This document shows, piece after piece, positions 53,494-62,166 of a stretch of 64,000 nt of DNA (the stretch's first letter is position 1; each line of letters begins with the position of its first letter). Position numbers and translations under genes: made by a program. The notes beneath the pieces were generated by a model. That model ran no database searches and had not been told where the DNA came from. It saw nothing but the letters and a program-made list of their open reading frames with translations. The stretch is from Planctomycetota bacterium (GTDB lineage Bacteria > Planctomycetota > UBA1135 > UBA2386): NCBI GenBank assembly GCA_020638695.1, contig JACKIB010000004.1:136631-200630 (forward strand), read 5' to 3'.

Positions 53494-54297
53494 ATGATCG
53501 AAAAGCTCACCCGCGTCCTGCTCGTGTTGCTGTGCTGCACGGCGGTGGCTTGCTCCAACTACGAGGAGAAGCGCATCCGTCAGCTGCTCAACGAGAAGGG
53601 CTTCGGGACCCGCGCCGAAGGGCGCGCGACCCTGGAGAACTACGTCGCCGGCGGCGACGGGGTGGTGTTCGCCATCAGCCCGGCCGTGCTGCAGGCGCCC
53701 GGTGCGGAGACTCTGGCACTGCTGACGCAGGCGCAGGAGGTCGGCCTCGACGGCACCATCCTGGTGCCGTACGTCGGTCCGCTGATGGTGCTCGGGCTCA
53801 CCGAACGCGAGCTCAAGCACCTGATCGAGTCGCAGCTGCGGGTGTTCTTCAACATCGACATCCAAGTGATCCCCCGGATCATCAACCGCGGCAAGTTCTT
53901 CTACGCGTTCGGCGAGGTCGGCCTGAAGGGGCGCGTGCGGTTCCTCAAAGCCGACCTGACGCTGCTCGAGGCGATCACCGTGTTGCAGCCGACCCAACTC
54001 GCCAACATGGGGCGGGTGCGGGTCATCAAGCCCGATGCCGAGAACCCGCTCACCGTGGTGGTCAACGTCCGCGAGATGATGCAGACCGGCAACATGCGCT
54101 ACAACATCCTCATCGAGGAGAACGACTTCATCTACATCCCGCCGACCTGGCTCGGCAGTCTGGCTCGGTTCATCGAGAAGCTGCTGCAGCCGTTGAGCGT
54201 GGCGGTGCAGTCGTTGTTCGGTCTGGCGGCGATCCGCTACTCGGTCGACGTGCTGCAGGGCGACAACGCCAACGGCGGCCGGTTCTTCGTGTTCTGA
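53494..54297 (+). CDS. Polysaccharide export lipoprotein (Wza/Poly_export-like)
   Basis: Signal and lipobox MIEKLTRVLLVLLCCTAVAC. DGTILVPYVGPLMVLGLTERELKHLIESQL is typical of the Poly_export domain. A soluble-ligand-binding beta-grasp-like C-terminus follows. Confidence 0.75.
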   Translation: MIEKLTRVLLVLLCCTAVACSNYEEKRIRQLLNEKGFGTRAEGRATLENYVAGGDGVVFAISPAVLQAPGAETLALLTQAQEVGLDGTILVPYVGPLMVLGLTERELKHLIESQLRVFFNIDIQVIPRIINRGKFFYAFGEVGLKGRVRFLKADLTLLEAITVLQPTQLANMGRVRVIKPDAENPLTVVVNVREMMQTGNMRYNILIEENDFIYIPPTWLGSLARFIEKLLQPLSVAVQSLFGLAAIRYSVDVLQGDNANGGRFFVF

Positions 54298-54342
54298 CGC
54301 GGTCGCCATGCACGTGATGCGCAAGTCCACCGGAGCGAGGCC

Positions 54343-55962
54343 ATGACGCAACTCGACGTCCCGGTCATCTCGTTCAACCACTACCTGGATCTGCTCCGGC
54401 GGCGGACCTGGCACGTGGTGATCGTCAGCGTGCTCGGGCTGGTGGTCGGTGGGGTGGTGGCGTTGTTGATCCCGCGCTACTACGTCGCCGAGACGCACGT
54501 GCAGTTCAACCGGCCGATCGCCGACCGCAAGCTCGGCTCGCCCGAGGACCCGATGGCCCAGGTGGTGAGCGCCGCGATGGTCACCGTGCCGAGCGGGGTG
54601 GAACGCGCGATCCAGGGCCTCGGTTGGCCGGAGGGCACCTCCGGGGACATCGAGGCGCGGCGCGCGTTCGTCGCCTCGGTCCGGCGTCGGGTCCGAGTGG
54701 CCGACCTCGGACCGGCGGGGCGCATGCGGCAGATCGCGCGGCTGGCGATCGTGTACGCCGACACCGACGGCCACCGCGCCGCCAACATGGCCAATCGGCT
54801 GCGCGAGATCTGGCTCAAGGAGTTCGTCGATCGGCTCGAGCAGCGTGCCACCGAGGACGTCCAGGCGGTGGTCCACGAGATCGACAACGTCACGGACCGC
54901 AAGGTCGAGGCGGCGCGCGAGCTGGCGCAGTACGAGGAGGAGCACGGTCTCGACCCGCAGAACGCCAACGACCCCAAGGGGGAGCGGTCGGCACTGAGCC
55001 GCGAGATCCAGGAACTGCAGCGGAGCGTCGATCGGACCGACGGCGAGATCATGGCGCTCACGCTGAAGATCCAACACCGGCAGGGTGATCGCGACGTCAC
55101 CTCGCCGACGTTGCCCGTGCCGCCCGAAGAGCGGTTCGCCGACGAGGCGGCCAAGCAGGAGTTCCTGCGCCTGTCCTACCAGTTCCTCGCGGTGAAGAAG
55201 ACGCTCGCGGGAATCAAGCCGGCGCACCCGGGTTACGCGGCGAACAAGCGCCTGTTCGATCGCCTGCGCGAGCAGCTGGCGCAGCTCGAGGGTACGGCCG
55301 GCGGTCCGGCGGCCCCCAAGCCCAACCCAGCCTACACCGAGATCGAGCACGAGCTGCGCGGGCTCGCCAGCGCGCTCGCGGTCGCCAAACAGACCAAGAT
55401 CGCGCTGGAGAAGCGGCTCGCCGAGAAGCTCGAGCGGCGCAAGCGCATGCCGGCGATCTTCACCAAGTACACCGAGCTGCGCTCCAAGCTGACCATCCTG
55501 CAACAGCGCGAAGAGTCGCTGAACAACGACCTCGCGGAGCGCAACAAGGTCATCCTGATGATCCGCAGCGAGCGCCCGGTGCAGCTGCTGGAAGAGGCGT
55601 TCGTGCCGTCCCGACCGACCGAGCCCAACCCCTACCTGCTGGCCCTCATCGGCTGCGTGGTCGGACTCGGCCTGGCAGTGGGGCTGGTGATCCTGATCGA
55701 CCTGATGCAGCTGACCTACAAGTCGGTTGCCGAGGTGGAGTCGGGGCTCGGGTTGCCGGTGCTCGGCAGCATGAGCCACATGGAGACCGACACCGAGGTG
55801 ATGGCGTCGCGCGATCGACGGGCGCGGCTCACCATCCTCGGGGTGACCTTCCTGCTGCTGCTCCTGATCGTGGTGGTCATCTACTACGTCTCGCCGACCA
55901 GCCTGCCGAACGTGGTGCGCGAGATGCTCGACTTCCTGCTGACCGAGCAACGCCAGCGCTGA
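54343..55962 (+). CDS. Polysaccharide chain-length determinant (Wzz/GumC-type, no kinase domain)
   Basis: N-terminal TM helix (WHVVIVSVLGLVVGGVVALLI) after a Wzz-like start, a long coiled-coil periplasmic region, and a second TM helix (LLALIGCVVGLGLAVGLVILI). No Walker motifs. Confidence 0.75.
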   Translation: MTQLDVPVISFNHYLDLLRRRTWHVVIVSVLGLVVGGVVALLIPRYYVAETHVQFNRPIADRKLGSPEDPMAQVVSAAMVTVPSGVERAIQGLGWPEGTSGDIEARRAFVASVRRRVRVADLGPAGRMRQIARLAIVYADTDGHRAANMANRLREIWLKEFVDRLEQRATEDVQAVVHEIDNVTDRKVEAARELAQYEEEHGLDPQNANDPKGERSALSREIQELQRSVDRTDGEIMALTLKIQHRQGDRDVTSPTLPVPPEERFADEAAKQEFLRLSYQFLAVKKTLAGIKPAHPGYAANKRLFDRLREQLAQLEGTAGGPAAPKPNPAYTEIEHELRGLASALAVAKQTKIALEKRLAEKLERRKRMPAIFTKYTELRSKLTILQQREESLNNDLAERNKVILMIRSERPVQLLEEAFVPSRPTEPNPYLLALIGCVVGLGLAVGLVILIDLMQLTYKSVAEVESGLGLPVLGSMSHMETDTEVMASRDRRARLTILGVTFLLLLLIVVVIYYVSPTSLPNVVREMLDFLLTEQRQR

Positions 55963-55969
55963 GCGAGTC

Positions 55970-57337
55970 GTGCGCGACTTCGTCGTCCTCGGGATCGTCC
56001 TGCTGTCGTTGCCGACGGTGTTCCGCCGGCCGTTCGTCGGCCTGATCCTGTTCTCGTGGCTGGCCTACATGCGCCCGCAGGACCTGTGTTGGGGCTTCGC
56101 CCGCGACATGCGGTTCAGCTTCTACGTGGCGGTCACCATGGTGATCGGGTGGTACGTCAACGATGCGCACAAGCGGCGCTTCTTCACCCCCGACCCGCGG
56201 ATGTACTTGATGCTGACGCTGGGGTTGCTGATCACCGTCAGCCTGGCGTTTGCCTCGCAGTACGATCCGCTCACCGGGCGCTACTACTTTGAGTTCCTGA
56301 AGATCTTGGCGATCGCGATCTTCACCATCGGCCAGGTCGACAGCCGCAAGCGCCTGCGTGCGCTGCTGTGGACCATCGCGTTCTCGCTCGGGTTCTACTC
56401 GGTGAAGAATGGTCTGGTCGGGATCGCCCGCGGCGGGTCGACCATCCTCCGCGGTCCGGGTGGCATGCTGGAGGACAACAACGACTTCGCCCTGGCGTTG
56501 GTGATGAACATCCCGCTGCTCTACTACCTGGGGCAGCTGGCGAACGACAAGCGGATCCGCATGGTCACGCTCGCCGCGATCATGCTCACCGCCGTGACCG
56601 TGCTGCTGACCCACTCGCGCGGCGGGTTCCTGGCGATGAACTCGGTGTTCTTGTGGATCTCGTGGCGCTCCGGAAAGCTGCTGCGCGCCCTCGTGGTGCT
56701 CGGGGTCCTGGCGGTGCTGTTCTTCGCCTTTGCGCCGGAGCACGTCGTCGAGCGGATCGCCAGTATCGGCAAGGGTCGTGAGGACGACTCGGCGGCCTCG
56801 CGCCTCGACTCGTGGATGGTCGCGCTGCGGATGATCGCCGCCAACCCGATATGGGGGGTCGGGCTGCGCAACTTCGTGATCTCCTCACCGGACTTCGGAG
56901 CGGTGATGGGTCCGGACCGGATCATGCACGTGGCGCACAACTCCTATCTGCAGATCGCTGCGGAGGGCGGCCTGATCGCCTTCATGGTCTACCTGGGACT
57001 GCTGGCCTCGTCGTTCACCGCCGGCTGGTTCCTCCGGCGGGTCGGGCGTTCGCGCCCCGACCTGGCCGACTTCGGGGTCTACGGGCGGATGTTCGAAGCC
57101 ACCATGCTCGGCTTCATGGTCGGCGGCATGTTCCTCAACCGCGGCCACTTCGACCTCGTGTACCACGTGTTCGGCATCATCGGTGCCGCTGTATTGGTGG
57201 CGCAGCGCGAGCTGCGCCAAGCCAGCGTGCCGCAGGCCGACGGCGCGCATCCGGTTCGGCACGGCCGCCAGGCGGTCACGGTGCGCTGGCGATCCCCCGT
57301 CGACCACTTGGCTACAGCCCGTTGGGAGCGCGGCTAG
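55970..57337 (+). CDS. O-antigen ligase-like (Wzy_C) polytopic membrane protein
   Basis: About 10-12 TM helices and LLTHSRGGFLAM (Wzy_C signature), with GVGLRNF nearby. The stop TAG 57335-57337 lies in a CTAG abutting element X1. Confidence 0.8.
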   Translation: MRDFVVLGIVLLSLPTVFRRPFVGLILFSWLAYMRPQDLCWGFARDMRFSFYVAVTMVIGWYVNDAHKRRFFTPDPRMYLMLTLGLLITVSLAFASQYDPLTGRYYFEFLKILAIAIFTIGQVDSRKRLRALLWTIAFSLGFYSVKNGLVGIARGGSTILRGPGGMLEDNNDFALALVMNIPLLYYLGQLANDKRIRMVTLAAIMLTAVTVLLTHSRGGFLAMNSVFLWISWRSGKLLRALVVLGVLAVLFFAFAPEHVVERIASIGKGREDDSAASRLDSWMVALRMIAANPIWGVGLRNFVISSPDFGAVMGPDRIMHVAHNSYLQIAAEGGLIAFMVYLGLLASSFTAGWFLRRVGRSRPDLADFGVYGRMFEATMLGFMVGGMFLNRGHFDLVYHVFGIIGAAVLVAQRELRQASVPQADGAHPVRHGRQAVTVRWRSPVDHLATARWERG

Positions 57338-57511
57338 CCCGGACGATTCATGAGCAGCGTCGCGAGATCGTGCAAGGTTGTTGCTGGCAAGGAGAACGGC
57401 AGGTTCTGCCCGGAGGCGGGGTGCCTCCCCGTCGAGGAGCAGGTTCTGACGTTCGACGAAGCCAGCAGCGACCTTGCGCGATCGCAGCAGCTCGGTCATG
57501 AATAGTCCGGG
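57338..57511 (+). mobile_element. MITE-like element X1 (174 bp, 16-bp terminal inverted repeats, flanked by CTAG)
   Basis: Ends CCCGGACGATTCATGA / TCATGAATAGTCCGGG are 15/16 complementary. CTAG lies at 57334-57337 and 57512-57515. No ORF of transposase size. Confidence 0.7.
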
Positions 57512-57515
57512 CTAG

Positions 57516-57675
57516 GAGTCTGCGCCACAGAATGACAACCCATGAGATCCGCGCCTTCCAGCACCTGTCACCCCCCGAAATCCTCGCCGAATCCACCAAT
57601 TCGGCTGTGTTTTCGGGCGGCGACCTGCGCCGAAATCCACGAACCTCCTGAGTCACCCTTCTGTGGCGCAGACTC
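57516..57675 (+). mobile_element. MITE-like element Z (160 bp, 17-bp perfect terminal inverted repeats, flanked by CTAG)
   Basis: GAGTCTGCGCCACAGAA ... TTCTGTGGCGCAGACTC are exact reverse complements. CTAG lies at 57512-57515 and 57676-57679. Confidence 0.7.
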
Positions 57676-57679
57676 CTAG

Positions 57680-57853
57680 CCCGGACTTTTCATGAGCAGC
57701 GTCGCGAGATCGTGCAAGGTTGTTGCGGGCAGGGAGAACGGCAGGTTCTGCCCGGAGGCGGCGTGCACCCCCGCCGAGGAGCGGGTTCTGACGTTCGACG
57801 AAGCCAGCAGCGATCTTGCGCGAGCGCAGCAGCTCGGTCATGCATAGTCCGGG
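57680..57853 (+). mobile_element. MITE-like element X2 (174 bp)
   Basis: Collinear with X1, with about a dozen substitutions. Flanked by CTAG 57676-57679 and TTAG 57854-57857. Confidence 0.7.
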
Positions 57854-57890
57854 TTAGGTCGGGCCGCCCCGGAAGTCGAGATAGCATCGG

Positions 57891-59756
57891 ATGTGCGGGA
57901 TCAACGGCATCTTCTGTCTGCAGCGTACCGCACCAGTCGAACGCGACCTGGTCGTCGCGATGTCCGACACCCTGCGTCACCGTGGACCGGACGGCGAGGG
58001 CCACCGCGTCGCGGCCGGCTACGGGCTAGGGCACCGGCGCCTGGCGATCGTCGACTTGGTTTCCGGGGCGCAGCCGATGGGCGACGCCGCGGGTGAGGTC
58101 TGGGTCACCTTCAACGGCGAGATCTACAACCACGAGGAGCTGCGCCGCGAGTTGGAGGCCGCGGGTCACCGGTTCCGCACCCGCTCCGACACCGAGGTGT
58201 TGGTGTACGGCTACCGCGAGTGGGGGACCGCGCTGGCCAGTCGGCTGTTCGGGATGTTCGCATTCGCGATCGTCGACCAGCGCGACCACTCGCTCTACCT
58301 GGCCCGCGACCGGATGGGGCAGAAGCCGCTGTACTGGATGCAGCACGCCGGTCAGGTGCTGTTCGCCTCGGAGATCAAGGCGCTGCTCGCGGTGCCCGGG
58401 GTGCCGCGCCGACTCGACCCGGTGGCGCTCGGCGAGTACCTGTGCCTGAGCTACGTGCCGGATCCGCGGAGCATCTTCGCGGACGTCCACAAGTTGCCGC
58501 CCGCGACCTGGATGTTGGTCCGTGACGGACGCTTCGAGAGCAGAGAATACTGGTCTCCCCAGCTCCGCGCCGGTGCATCCGATGGCACCACGCCGAGTCT
58601 TCACGATCAGCAGCAGGAGCTGCTCGATCGGCTCGATGTGGCAGTGCGCCGCCGGCTGATGTCCGACGTGCCGCTCGGTGCGTTCCTGTCGGGTGGGGTG
58701 GACAGCTTCGCGGTGGTCGACAGCATGAGCCGGGTCGGCCCGGGCGAGGTGCTGGCCTGCACGGTCGGGTTCGACGTGCCCGAATACGACGAACGCGTGT
58801 TCGCTCGCCAGGCGGCGCAGGCCTGTCGCGCGCACCTGTTCGAGGATGTGCTGAAGGTCGAGGACATGCTCGATCTCGACTGGTTCACCGAAGTGTTCGA
58901 CGAGCCGTTCGCCGACGCCTCGGCGATTCCGACCTACCACGTCAGCCGCATCGCCCGTAGCCACGTCACGGTGGCGCTGTCCGGCGACGGTGGTGACGAG
59001 AACTTCGCCGGGTATCGCCGCTACAAGTTCGACGCCGAGGAGAACCGCCTGCGCCGCCTACTGCCCGGAGCCGCCTGGCGCGGCCTCGGTGCGCTGTACC
59101 CCAAGCTCGACTTCCTGCCCCGCTGGTTGCGCTACAAGCGCACCCTGCAGAATCTCGGCTGTTCGCCCGACGAGGCGTACGCTCGGTCGGTGAGCGCAGC
59201 GTTGCCCGAGGACGTGTTGCCGCTGCTCCGTCCGGCGTGGCGGGCCGACGATCCGCTCGGGGCAGTGCGCGCCGCCCACCGTGAGGCCGAGGGTTGCCAT
59301 CCGCTGCAGCGCTGTGCGCTCGCCGACCGCCGCACGACCTTGCCCGGCGACATCTTGACGAAGGTGGACCGCGCCTCGATGGCGGTGTCGCTGGAGGTTC
59401 GCTCGCCGTTCCTCGACCACCAACTGGTCGAGTTCGCCGCCGATCTGAGTTACGACCGCAAGCTGCTCGATGGCGCCAGCAAGGGTTTTCTGAAGGAGGC
59501 GCTGGTCGGTCGACTCGGTCGTCAGGCGCTCAACCGGCCCAAGCGCGGTTTCGCGGTGCCGCTGGCGTTGTGGATGCGCGGTAGCCTCGGCGATGCGCTC
59601 GGGGCGGCACTCGCCGACGGGCCGTTGGGACAGTTGCTGGAAGTCGAACGCGCTCGGCGTTTGCTGGACGAACACCGCCGCGGTGCCCGCGACCGCAGCC
59701 GCATCCTCTGGGCGCTGCTGGTCCTGCACCGCTTCCTCAACAGGTGGGCCGGGTGA
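57891..59756 (+). CDS. asnB: Asparagine synthase (glutamine-hydrolysing) family amidotransferase, EPS-locus type
   Basis: MCGINGIF N-terminal nucleophile Cys, RGPDGEG, and the PP-loop SGGVDS (LGAFLSGGVDSFAV). 621 aa. Confidence 0.9.
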   Translation: MCGINGIFCLQRTAPVERDLVVAMSDTLRHRGPDGEGHRVAAGYGLGHRRLAIVDLVSGAQPMGDAAGEVWVTFNGEIYNHEELRRELEAAGHRFRTRSDTEVLVYGYREWGTALASRLFGMFAFAIVDQRDHSLYLARDRMGQKPLYWMQHAGQVLFASEIKALLAVPGVPRRLDPVALGEYLCLSYVPDPRSIFADVHKLPPATWMLVRDGRFESREYWSPQLRAGASDGTTPSLHDQQQELLDRLDVAVRRRLMSDVPLGAFLSGGVDSFAVVDSMSRVGPGEVLACTVGFDVPEYDERVFARQAAQACRAHLFEDVLKVEDMLDLDWFTEVFDEPFADASAIPTYHVSRIARSHVTVALSGDGGDENFAGYRRYKFDAEENRLRRLLPGAAWRGLGALYPKLDFLPRWLRYKRTLQNLGCSPDEAYARSVSAALPEDVLPLLRPAWRADDPLGAVRAAHREAEGCHPLQRCALADRRTTLPGDILTKVDRASMAVSLEVRSPFLDHQLVEFAADLSYDRKLLDGASKGFLKEALVGRLGRQALNRPKRGFAVPLALWMRGSLGDALGAALADGPLGQLLEVERARRLLDEHRRGARDRSRILWALLVLHRFLNRWAG

Positions 59757-60913
59757 CCGGGCAGATCCTCACGTTCACGAACCTGTTTCCGTCGGCGGTG
59801 CGTCCGCACCACGGACGGTTCGTGCAGGACAGAATGCAACGCGTCGCCGTGGCGGCGGGCCTCGACTGGCAAGTGGTCTGTCCGGTGCCGCGCGTGCCCT
59901 GGCTGCTGCGCCGCCGCGCCGACCGAGCGCTTGCGGCCATGCCGCCCCGCGAGCTGGTCGATGGGGTGCCGGTGCACAACGTGCACTACCTCCACCTTCC
60001 CGGGATGTCGCGTGCCCGACAGGCTGCGCGGGTGGCGCGGGCCTGCATGCCGGTGGTGCGCGAACTGAGCCGTGGTCGTCCGACCGTACTCGATGCTCAC
60101 TACCTGTACCCCGACGGGGTCGCGGCGCTACACATCGCCCGTGCGCTGCAGTTGCCCTGCGTGGTTACCGCGCGCGGCTCCGACGTCAACGTGCTCGCCG
60201 AGATCCCGGTGATCCGCGAGCAGGTGCGGTCGACCATGCACGACGCGGCGCGGTTGTTCGCAGTGAGCTCGGCCCTGAGCGGCCGATTCGCCGACGTGCT
60301 CGGCAATGGGTCACGGGTCGAGACGGTGCGCAACGGGGTCGATCTGGAGCTGTATCGCCCTGGCGACCGGGCCGCCGCGCGCCGGGCTCTGGGGTTGCCG
60401 GGCGATCGGCAGGTGGTGCTCGGGGTCGGGCGTTTGGTCGAAGGCAAGGGGTTCCACCATGCCGCCGCAGCCCTGGCGGGACTCGGTGGCGATGCGGTGT
60501 TGGCGCTGGTGGGGGACGGACCGGAGCGCGAGCGCATCGCCGGGCTGCTCGCTCCGCAACGCCTGTGCTTGCTCGGTGCACGCCCGCGCGATCAGGTCAT
60601 CCTGGCGTACCAGGCGAGCGACCTGCTGGTTCTGCCGACCTACCGCGAGGGCTGGCCGAACGTCGTCACCGAGGCCTTGGCCTGCGGGCTCTCGGTCGTG
60701 GCGAGTGCGGTCGGCGGGATCCCGGAGATCCTCGCCGACGATCGGGTGGGCGCGTTGGTTCCCCCGGGCGATACGGAAGCGCTGCAGGTTGCGCTACAAC
60801 GGTTCCTGGCGGCACCGCCGGATCCTCGCTTGGCCCGTGCGCTGGCCGAGCGCTACTCCTGGGACGATACCGTCCAACGGCTGTCCGCGTTGTTCCGCGA
60901 CCTCGTGACGTGA
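59753..60913 (+). CDS. Glycosyltransferase family 4 (GT-B)
   Basis: GTG overlaps the asnB stop (GTGA). The C-terminal half contains LVGDGPER..L, PTYREGWPNVVTEALACGLSVVAS and GG.PEI (the E-x7-E region). Confidence 0.8.
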   Translation: MTGQILTFTNLFPSAVRPHHGRFVQDRMQRVAVAAGLDWQVVCPVPRVPWLLRRRADRALAAMPPRELVDGVPVHNVHYLHLPGMSRARQAARVARACMPVVRELSRGRPTVLDAHYLYPDGVAALHIARALQLPCVVTARGSDVNVLAEIPVIREQVRSTMHDAARLFAVSSALSGRFADVLGNGSRVETVRNGVDLELYRPGDRAAARRALGLPGDRQVVLGVGRLVEGKGFHHAAAALAGLGGDAVLALVGDGPERERIAGLLAPQRLCLLGARPRDQVILAYQASDLLVLPTYREGWPNVVTEALACGLSVVASAVGGIPEILADDRVGALVPPGDTEALQVALQRFLAAPPDPRLARALAERYSWDDTVQRLSALFRDLVT

Positions 60914-62166
60914 GCTACCGCATCCTCTACCACCACCGCATCCGCGCCGACGACGGGCAGGCCGTGCACGTCCGCGAGATGATCCGCGCCCTGCGCGCGG
61001 CGGGTCACACGGTGGCGGAGTGCGCGCTGGTGCCGAAGACCGCGTCGGTCGACGCGCCGGTGGCCGCCGTGCAGGGAGCGGCAGTCGCCGCCCCGTCGAA
61101 CGGCTCGGTCAACGGCACCGCAAACGGGGTGGTGCGGGGTGCGGCGTCGTCCCGTCGTCCGGGCAGCATCTGGAACCACGTGTCGCTGCCACGGCCGGCG
61201 ATCGAATGCCTCGAGGTGCTCTACTCGCGACGCGGCGCGGCGATGATCGCGGCCGCTGCCGCGCGGCAGCAGCCGGACTTCGTCTACGAACGCCACGCGC
61301 TGCACTGTCGCGCGGGTCTGCTCGCCAAGCGGCGGCTCGGCGTTCCGCTGCTGCTCGAAGTCAACTCGCCGATGTGCGACGAGATGGAGAAGCTGGGACT
61401 GCTGCGCTTCGCGCGTCGTGCGCGCAAGACCGAGCGAGAGGTGCTGGCCGGCGCCGACCGGGTACTGGCAGTGTCCGACGTGCTGGCGGAACGCCTGATC
61501 GAACTCGGTGCGGCGCGCGACCGAGTGCGGGTGATCCGCAACGGTGCGGAGCCGAGCCGGTTCTCCGCGGAGGCGGTGGCCGAGGGTCGCCGGCTGCGCG
61601 GGGAACTGGGCCTCGGGGATCAGGTGCTGGTGATCGGGTTCATCGGGTTCATGCGACCGTGGCACCGACTCGACATGGTGGTCGAAGCGCTGGCGGCCTT
61701 GTCGCGCCAGGATGTGCACTTCGTGGTGCTCGGCGAAGGGCCGGCGCTCCCCGAGCTGTTGGAGCTCGCACGGGCCCGCGGCGTCGCCGATCGCGTGCAC
61801 GCGCTCGGCGCCGTGCCGGGAGAGGCCGTAGCGTCGGTGTGCACCGCATTCGACGTCGCGCTGGTGCCCGCGATCAACGGCTACGCCTCGCCGCTGAAGC
61901 TGTTCGATTCGCTGGCCGCGGGTGTCGCGACGCTCGCGGTCGACCAGCCGAACATCCGTGAGCTGATCGACGACGGCCGCACCGGAGTGTTGTTCGCGCC
62001 GGGCGACACCGCCGCGTTCACCAGCAAGCTCGCCGAGCTGGCCGCCGATCCGGCGCGCACGCGCGCGCTCGGCGCGGCCGGCCGCGCGGCGCTGTCAGAG
62101 CACGACTGGACCTGGCGTGGCAGCGCGCGGCGGGTGATCGAGTGTTTCGAGGAGCTGCGCCGATGA
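60910..62166 (+). CDS. Glycosyltransferase family 4 (GT-B)
   Basis: GTG overlaps the preceding stop (GTGA). VVLGEGPALPEL, ASPLKLFDSLAAGVATLAV and TGVLFAPGD. Confidence 0.75.
   Translation: MSYRILYHHRIRADDGQAVHVREMIRALRAAGHTVAECALVPKTASVDAPVAAVQGAAVAAPSNGSVNGTANGVVRGAASSRRPGSIWNHVSLPRPAIECLEVLYSRRGAAMIAAAAARQQPDFVYERHALHCRAGLLAKRRLGVPLLLEVNSPMCDEMEKLGLLRFARRARKTEREVLAGADRVLAVSDVLAERLIELGAARDRVRVIRNGAEPSRFSAEAVAEGRRLRGELGLGDQVLVIGFIGFMRPWHRLDMVVEALAALSRQDVHFVVLGEGPALPELLELARARGVADRVHALGAVPGEAVASVCTAFDVALVPAINGYASPLKLFDSLAAGVATLAVDQPNIRELIDDGRTGVLFAPGDTAAFTSKLAELAADPARTRALGAAGRAALSEHDWTWRGSARRVIECFEELRR

Noticed and set aside
53086-55950. 954-aa minus-strand ORF antisense to the Wza-like and Wzz-like genes
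   Set aside because: It is a shadow of well-supported plus-strand genes. The translation is low-complexity (R/H/L/G/D-rich) and shows no recognisable domain.
57350-57847. 51-codon ORFs inside X1 (57350..57505) and X2 (57692..57847), MSSVARSCKVVAGKENGRFCPEAGC..., and the opposite-strand MTELLRSRK... ORFs
   Set aside because: Of the ~10 substitutions between X1 and X2 in this stretch, about six fall on second codon positions, which are the same position for both overlapping frames. Only two are synonymous in the plus frame. That is not the pattern of a protein under selection. The ATG lies in the palindromic TCATGA of the inverted repeat.
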